Of a stretch of DNA of 44,700 bases, positions 35,661 to 44,700 are shown piece by piece. Below the pieces are notes generated by a model. The model did not search any database. It was not told the origin of the DNA and saw only the letters and a list, made by a program, of their open reading frames with translations. This stretch comes from Geosiphon pyriformis uo1 (taxonomy: Eukaryota > Fungi > Glomeromycota), in NCBI GenBank assembly GCA_016748015.1, contig JAAOMT010000187.1:1-44700 (forward strand), read 5' to 3'. The number at the start of each line of letters is the position of its first letter. Position 1 is the first letter of the stretch. The translations under genes were made by a program, and so were the position numbers.

Positions 35661-36992
35661 ATGAAAGCAATACAAATTCAACAAACTGGTGGAACTGAGG
35701 TATTAGAATATGTGGATATACCAAAACCTCAGTTACTTGGTCCCAACACTGTTTTAATAAAGAATCATGCAATTGGAGTCAATTTTATTGATACCTATCA
35801 AAGGTTTTTGTCATCTCTTCTATCGTAATTATATATTGAAAAAATAAAAAATTTATCAAGATTTTTTACTTTCAAATAGATCTGGTCTATATAATATACC
35901 ATTACCAGCTGTGTTGGGACGTGAAGGTGCTGGAGTTGTTGAATTGATTGGTGAAGGTGTAACTGATCTTAGTGTTGGTGATCGGGTGGTCTACATGTCC
36001 CCAGGTACCTATGGAGAATATACGGTAACACCATCAAGGTAAATTTTAGATAAAATTAACAGATAAATCTCAATTATTTAATTTTAATTTAATTTCATCT
36101 TTTTTAGCCACGTTTATAAACTTTCAGATCATGTTGATATTAAAGATGCTGCTGCTTTATTGCTTCAGGTTTTCAAAAAATTACATTAAAATTTTGACTT
36201 TTTTAATCATTCGTAAAATATCTAATCAAAAACTGGTTTTTTATTCAAAGGGTTTAACCTGCTGGATAATGGTAACCCAGAGTTATGCTGTACAAAAAGG
36301 TTTTAATCCCCCTTCTTTTTTTCTTTTTTTTTTTTATCAATTCTTCAATAATTTCTTCAGATATATATATTATTCAAAAAATTGGTCTAATTTGAGATTT
36401 ATCTTAAAATTCTAAAATAACTTTTGTTTTTTATCAAGGCGATTTCATATTAATTCATGCAGCTGCCGGAGGATGTGGTCTTCTTCTCACTCAACTTTCA
36501 AAATTATTGGGTGCTCATGTAATTGGTACAACATCAAATGCCGAAAAAGCAGAGTTAGCCAAGAAAGCTGGAGCTGATTATGTAATAAATTATAAAACAG
36601 AAGATGTTGTTGAACAAGTGAAGAAAATTACCAATGGATTAGGTGTTCATGCTATTTTTGACGGAGTTGGAAAAGATACCTTTGAAATTTCATTATCATG
36701 TGCACGTCGATTGGGTAATTTTATATCTTTTGGAAATTCTTCTGGTCCTATCCCACCTTTCAATATCCTTAAATTATCGGAAAAAAATTTGAGATTGATG
36801 CGACCATCAGTGTTGAATTATTTGACGAACAAAGAAGAGTTCCAAAAATATTCCAAGGAGTTGTTTCAATTATTCGAAGAGAAAAAATTATACATAATGG
36901 GGATCAAGACTTATAAACTGAGCGATGTTAAAAAGGCACATGACGATTTAGGAGAAAGAAAGACCACGGGAAAGTTGTTATTGATACCTTGA
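35661..36992 (+). CDS. NADPH:quinone oxidoreductase (zeta-crystallin/QOR, MDR family), multi-exon
   Basis: MKAIQIQQTGGTEVL, GVNFIDTY, LGREGAG, IHAAAGG, FDGVGKDT, KTTGKLLLIP*. Confidence 0.94.
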
Positions 36993-37802
36993 TAAAGATA
37001 CGATTTTAGAAAGAGAACAAAAGTTTTCATTTTTGAATTAAAGATACGATTTTGAACCTTTGAGATCTCAAAATTCAATAAATTATTTAAAAATTAGCAA
37101 TTATTCTCAATCAGAAAATAAAATAAAAAAAATTTATAAATTAGAATTCATTATTTTTAATTTTAATAATATATAAAAAATTATTTTAATATGGTTAACA
37201 AAATTTTAATTTTAAGAATTTTATTATTTAAAAAAATTAATTTTAACGAAAATAGGGTGAAAAAAATATTTTAATTTTTAATAATTATAAATTTTAATTA
37301 AAAAACAATTTTCTCATTTTAATTATTAAAATATTAAAAGACTTTTTTATTATTATTTAAAAATAAAAAAAATAATATAAAATTAAAAATAATGATATTG
37401 GAGAATTTTTTTTTTCTTATTCAAGATAGAAATAAAAAGATCACGATTTTATTTTTTAAATTTGATTGGCTCAAAATATTTTTTTTTTTTTTTTTTTTTT
37501 TTTACAATCATCAAATTAAAAAAATAGTATCTTGCGAGTTTTTATAGTTTTCTCATACCTCAATACCATACCTGCATTTTTTTCGGCCACAGGTGTGTAC
37601 TTGTTTTTTATTTTTTTGAGATTTGAAAAAAAAAAAAAAAAAAAAAAAACNNNNNNNNNNNNNNNNNNNNNNNNNNNNNNNNNNNNNNNNNNNNNNNNNN
37701 NNNNNNNNNNTTCATCGATCTGACTATTGATAGATATTTAACGCAAAATTTTACATTGTTTCATGTGTCAAAAAAATTCACCACTTTTCTTGTTTAAATT
37801 GA

Positions 37803-38645
<843 letters not shown>

Positions 38646-39484
38646 AAATATCAAAGATTAAGAGATTTACATTTGGCTCGTTATCATTAAAATAGTTTAG
38701 GATCGAAAAAAAAAAATAAAAAAAAAATAAACTATTTTCCATTGCACTCTCATAGATGCTCTTTCGTTCCGACAATATATAATACAATTTAAAACGCTGC
38801 GACCTACATTCCACCAGTCTAACTGTCATAGGTAAAATCAAAGAAACTTTTTCTTGGGTAGCGTAACAGATTAATTTTCTTTTGGAGAGCAATATGAAAA
38901 GTAAGGCGAGTAGACCAACTCAAAACATCTAATAATTGGAAAATTCTCAACGATATGTGATACAATCTTGGGAAATATTTTAGACAACTGTTTCAATAAA
39001 AAATTATTGGAAACTTTATATCTTCAAGTTATATTGTTGATCTCTAGTCTGAAAAATATTTGTGTTTATACTTTACAGAAAAGAGCAAAGAATATTTAAA
39101 CGAATGAATGTAGAATCAAAAGAATTAGCACTGATAGAATTGAAAAGATAAAGTGTAAATATTGAGGATCAAACAAGATATTTTTGAGCGTGAACGAACG
39201 AACGAACGAATGGGAAGAACGAAATTATTGAAAGGGGAATGATTATATTGTCAATCAATCGAAATGTAAAATCCTCACTATTTAATAGGGATTAAAAGAA
39301 GAAAATTACAAAAATATCTACAAATTGAAGAAATGTATGAACTAAAAGAATAATAATAAGGACCGTTGAGGAGCCCAAATTTTATATTGCTAAAGTTTTT
39401 GTTTCCATCCCAAGAAAAATTTTTCAAAGTATCATTGTTTGCGATTTTGTGCTAAAGAAAATTCTAATTAATAGAACAATTTAT

Positions 39485-39486
<2 letters not shown>

Positions 39487-39536
<50 letters not shown>
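39487..39536. repeat. (CAT/TGA)16 microsatellite
   Basis: Direct reading. Confidence 0.95.
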
Positions 39537-41464
39537 CGGTTTCTCTTCTGCATGGATTTCATCAATATCTGATAATTCGGTAACGCCTGATCTTGATTGA
39601 TTTGCAGGAGTTGGAGAGGGCCCAAGTGGTCGTGGTGTCAACGAAGTTGAGTAATTAACGGGTGTTGAAGGTGTTTGTAATGGTTCTGGGTAGGGTTGTG
39701 ACGAAGAAGGGATAGGATCATGATCATTTTTTGAAGAAGAGGAAGATGAGGCGACAGCAGCTGGAGGATAGCGAATATTGTAAACGAGAGAAAGCTCCTT
39801 TTGTTGAAATGGACCAGAAGGTGTCGGTGATGGGATTGGTGGAGGCGGTTCTGGACGCATGTAACTTTGGGGCGGTGGGGGAATAGCTTCGCCTGATGGT
39901 GTCTCAGGTCTCGTATAATCATAATCATCCCAGAAATCTGTGAAAAATTTGTTGAAGACGCGATCAGTAAATTTTTTGATGTTGAACACATTCAAAATTA
40001 CATAATGTTTGCATACCCTCGGTGATGCTTGACCAATATTTGAACAAGAGAAATATCGAAACAAATAATAACAAAGTTGAAAAGAGACTTCCATCGACTG
40101 TTTGCGAAGTCCCCTTACAAATGTGGGGACTTATGATGAACATAAAAATCTGGCTCAATATAAAACTTAAAAAAGACGCGTATAAATATCCTAAGTTTGA
40201 AGTGAATAATGAAAGGGTTAAAAAGATTCTGGTAAAGACAGATTTTTGGAATGTAATTGAAATGAAAAATAAATAAATAAGGAGATACCTAAAGGACGCC
40301 TTTCACCCAAGGCTACAATAACCAATATGGTCTCCAAGATAACATATCCCACTATAGCGAAAAGCGGAAACAGAAGGTATAATATAAATAGGGCAATATT
40401 TTTTAGATTGTTGGGGTTTGTTTTAAATTGACCAGAGACATCAAATCCCGTGTCCAAGGCTATATATCCGACGCCAAAAAACAACAAGATGCCTCCCAAG
40501 GATATCCCCTAAATTATGAGGACAATTTTCCTTTTTATACTGAATAATTTTGGGAATCTTGAAAAAAAAAAAATGGACGAAACCGGAGGAAAACACTTAC
40601 CCCTACAGAAATTAATGTTCCATCATCTAAAAACTGAAAACCTTTTTTAAAGAAAAATAAATAAATAAACGATTAATAGAAAATCCTAAAGTTGATTTTT
40701 TTAAAAGAAAAAGATAAGAGTTTAAAAATCCAGTTAATCATACAAACCCACAATAGCATTCATTATTAATATCCAAGAAAGTGCAGATATAAAACCCAGA
40801 TTTGCCGCAGTAAACCACTATTTTGAAAAGTGAGGAGAAAAGTTATAAAATTTTCAAGGAATTGAGGATTCAAAGAAAATCTTACCGTCAATGTAATACT
40901 GTGATTCTTATCAAGGAAACCGCCCCCGCTCACAATTTGTGTAATCAGCATTAAGATATAAACGCCAAATAAAAGAATCATTTCTGACCTGCCTTTTTTT
41001 AATTAAAAAAGGAAAAAGATTCAGATCATGAATTATTAAAGTATTATAGGGATTAATGATTGAATATTTTCTTACCAACTGCAGCATTCTTTTTATGACT
41101 TCTCCATATTATAAAAAATGTGAATATTATGGCGAAAAAAGCCATTATCATATCACCTGAGGAAGAATATTGTGAGGAGAAATGGAAAAAAATAAGCGGA
41201 AGTTATTATTTTGAGAAGAGAGGTATGAACAGAGAAATACCGCTAAAGTATAAACTCGCGTCTAACTTTTGCAGTTTCACGTGAAAATCACAAACTATCG
41301 AAAGTTTGGCGAGCATTCGGCGCACCTAGGTTTCGTATAGTCGTGCCGTTGACAGTGAATCCTTCCAGTTGACAACGAGGTTTTTTCGCGTTTCGAAAAA
41401 GATTACATATTACCAAAGGTGATTCGTAACAAAGTTGATCAAACTGGCCAAAGTGATAACCCAT
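39534..41464 (-). CDS. CHS7: Chitin synthase export chaperone Chs7-family membrane protein, multi-exon, Pro-rich tail
   Basis: FGQFDQLC, AAVGRSEM, FQFLDDGT, ICKGTSQTVDG, KYWSSITE-D motifs and multiple hydrophobic segments. Confidence 0.88.
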
Positions 41465-44364
41465 TTTAACTGTATTTTGAGACGTGTCGAGAAAGATTCG
41501 CGACCAAATAATAAGGGAAGCCTTTTTATTATTATTATTATTATTGTTGTTGTTGTTGTTGTTTTTATTGTTATTATTATTTTGTTTAAGTATTTTTTTT
41601 TAATACTTTATCGGAGGGGGGGGGGGGGGGGGNNNNNNNNNNNNNNNNNNNNGGAGGAAGTTTTTTTTTTGAATCTAAAAGGAGTTTGTTTTTTTTTTAG
41701 AAAAACTTTGAGGAGGAATGTCAAGGGTCGAAAATATTTGGTGAAAAAGTTACGCATTCAAACGGGGAATTGGGAGAAAAACATAAAAAAGCTAGCACTA
41801 TAAAAAAAGCTTGACCATAATAATAATAGTGATGATAGGTGGTAAAAAACAAAAAAACCACAGTCAAAGATTCATTAAAAAAAGTAAAGGAAAAAAATGA
41901 CGCGGCTTGGCATGAAGTATAATTATGGCACAGTACTATAAAAAGCCAACTTTTTCTTGAAGAATAAAGTTTTTTAACCCAAAAAAAGTTAATTATAAAT
42001 TTTTTTCTGGTGATATTGAAGAAATGTGCACTAAAAGTTTAGTGGGTAAAAAAAAAAAAAACCTGAAGCCACTAAATTTAGGGCTAAAGAGAGTTTTGGA
42101 ACTTTTGAATCAAAAGAAGAAAAAAATTTCTGATGATTGAAATTCCCTCTTGGTCATTATGCATACCATCTTAATTTGTGTATTCAAGTTTTTCTTTACC
42201 TTTTAAGGAAAACCTATAAAAATTTTAGAAGATGGGATTATTTACTTCTGTTTGTTGATTGTCTTTTTCCGTTTTGTTTTAAACTCGAAAAAAAAAACTT
42301 TTTTTTTTCTACGTAATCTTCCCTAAAAAAGGGAAGGATGTTACGCTAAAGTGGCTGTTACAATTTACATTATGGAAAAAGTTTTTACTCATAAATCGTA
42401 ATTGAAAAAAGAGGGAATATTTTTTATTTTTAAAACTATACTACTCAACGGGTAAACAACAAATAAACTTAGAGAGAGATATATATATATTTATTTATTT
42501 TTTTATTTTTTTTTTTTTTTGACGGGAAAAAGTCAAAAAGTCAAAAAAAAAAATAATCTTTATGCAAGTTACTCTTTTTAAAATAAGTTATTTTTGATCT
42601 CATATCCGGCATTTACACACATTTTTTATTGACTTTTGAATGTAATGACGTACATACATAATTATATATTAAACTTTATCTTTTTTTTTAATTATTTTAT
42701 TTTAAAAACTGGGGGATTTCTATATATAATACCTGTTAAAAAAAAATTTTTTTTTTAAACTTACATCAAAAAAATCTTTTTAACAGGTTTTTTTTTTTTT
42801 TTGTTAATCTTGAAGATTCTTCGTACAAAATAAATTTTTTTACTTAAAAGAAAAAATAAAATTTAAAAAAGATCATTTTACTCTATTAGTTTATCCTATA
42901 TTATCCTATATTATCCTATTCTATCCTATCCTATCCTATTTTATCTTACTGTAATCCTATCATCATCATGATCAGTTTTTTTTTTTTAAACTTAACACTA
43001 ATAAAATAATAAAATAATAATTGATCAAAAGAATAATTTAGTGATTTAACAAAAAAGGTTAAGATCAATTCTTTATAAATAAATAAAAAATTATATCAAC
43101 TGAATTTTCTATTTACAATTATTGGAGTAAATCTTCAATATTTATTTAATACCATAATTGGACTTTGATGAAAAAAAAAAAACTTGTCAAAGCCGATATC
43201 GTCAATCTTTACATCATTTTCCTGCAATGCAAAGGTGATGCATATTTCGTGATAGAAGATACACATGCTCGCTCATCGACCAAATGAAAAAAAAAATGAC
43301 TACTCAGAAAAGTATAGGCTACTATTTGTGTGAAACAATTTTTTGAAAATTATTATTATTATTATTATTTTTTTTTACTTTTTGATCATGAAGAAGAAAA
43401 CTTTGAAATTATATAATAATCTAATACATGTATTATTATTATTATTATTATTATTATTAAAAATTTGATACGCGTGGCAAAAAAAAAACCATCTTGTCAG
43501 ATATTTTAGTCATTATTTCAACTTCCCAGCAAATGAACAATGTGCTTTCTTATATATATATATATATGTATATTGGATTGGGATTAACTTTTTTAATCTT
43601 TAGAAATTTCCAAAATTTGTTTAAATAAAGAATGCAAGAACGTTTTTTTTAAATCAACATTTAAAAAAAAAAAATTAGGTTGCAATCAAAAATCTTTTTA
43701 AAAAAAAAAAAAAAAAAATTTTTTTAAACATAAAATTTTTCACCGTTTAGAAAAAACATTCTTGAAACTTAACTCTTTTCGATTTTCGCACGAGTCATCA
43801 TGATGATATGCCAATATGAATCAATCATGCTAAAATTTTTCTCCTTAAAAAAAAATTTTTATTTCTCATTCGTTTGTATTTATTGATTGATAGCGACAAT
43901 CAATTATTGTCTAAATTTGAATTTCACACGAGTTACAATAAAAAATCATACTAATCTTAAAAAAAATAAAAAGTCCGACAATTGTTACTCTCTCAAGCCC
44001 TAAAATTAAAATTAAAAAAATTTAAATTGATTGACTCATCAAAAGAAACTCTTTCCCTATTTGTTATCGAAATTATCTTTTTTTCAATTTACCTTTACCA
44101 TATACTCTTCATAAGTCTTCTAAACGGTTTAACAGTTCCTATCAAAAATGTTCTACCCAGCCATCGTAAAGGAACCCTTGATAATTAATGCTCATTTCAT
44201 CCACACAGCCTCATAGTCAATTACCCCACAGCCTTTCATAGTGTATTACTGTGAATCTCACCAATTCAACCTTTCTTTGGTACAACCTTTCCGATGCAAG
44301 CAAACTTGATTACTTGTGCAGTAGTTTACTCTTTAAAATCTTTTTTCACCACTCTACCTTAACT

Positions 44365-44409
44365 TTTCTTTTCTTTTCTTTTCTTTTCTTTTCTTTTCTT
44401 TTCTTTTCT
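44365..44409. repeat. (TTTTC)n pentanucleotide repeat
   Basis: Direct reading. Confidence 0.85.
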
Positions 44410-44700
44410 ATTCAATTAATCGCTTTACTTTTCTCTGACCTCAAGTTCATTCCTGGCGAAATGTTTACTTTTTGCACTGCCACCGCAGATCTATTGCGGG
44501 AAATGCCCCCAAAAAAGCGTCATTTCCTTCTTGCTACTTTTTTTCTCTTTTTTGCCTCGAGCATTTTATTTATTGTCTTTGAAGGACCTATAATGCAAGG
44601 TAATCATTATCGAATTCATTTAATCAAATAAATTATCAAATAATACATATTAACTCTAACTCTTCTAACTCTGCCTTTTTTTTTTTTTTTTTTTTTTTAA

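Noticed and set aside
41435-44631. ORFs 41435-41803, 43982-44188 and 44251-44631
   Set aside because: Non-ATG starts and low-complexity or microsatellite-derived sequence; no protein motifs

Overview
AT-rich, intron-rich fungal genomic DNA. Gene set and transposon style suggest an early-diverging fungus (Glomeromycotina, Geosiphon-like); this is recognition, not a database result. The window has two halves. 1-22.8 kb is a nested retrotransposon island: a full-length but decayed Ty3/Gypsy element (9715-20050, ~980-bp LTRs, 4-bp TSD ATGT), a second partial copy of that family (1-3178), a second Gypsy family (minus-strand gag plus 5' LTR, and a solo LTR), a third LTR-type insertion inside the RT, and three copies of an RNase H-bearing LINE, one split by two LTR insertions. 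The main Gypsy family is unusual. A single gag-PR frame continues into three Cys-rich Zn-finger-like modules, a dUTPase, RT and RNase H. A stop codon conserved in both copies follows, with integrase in the +1 frame, and then an extra non-env ORF3 running into the 3' LTR. 22.8-44.7 kb holds housekeeping genes: a long-chain acyl-CoA synthetase ending in AKL, a U1A/U2B''-family protein, CWC21, RNR1, a zeta-crystallin quinone oxidoreductase, ubiquitin-S27a and CHS7. Alignments and counts were done by eye, so boundaries may be off by a few bases.
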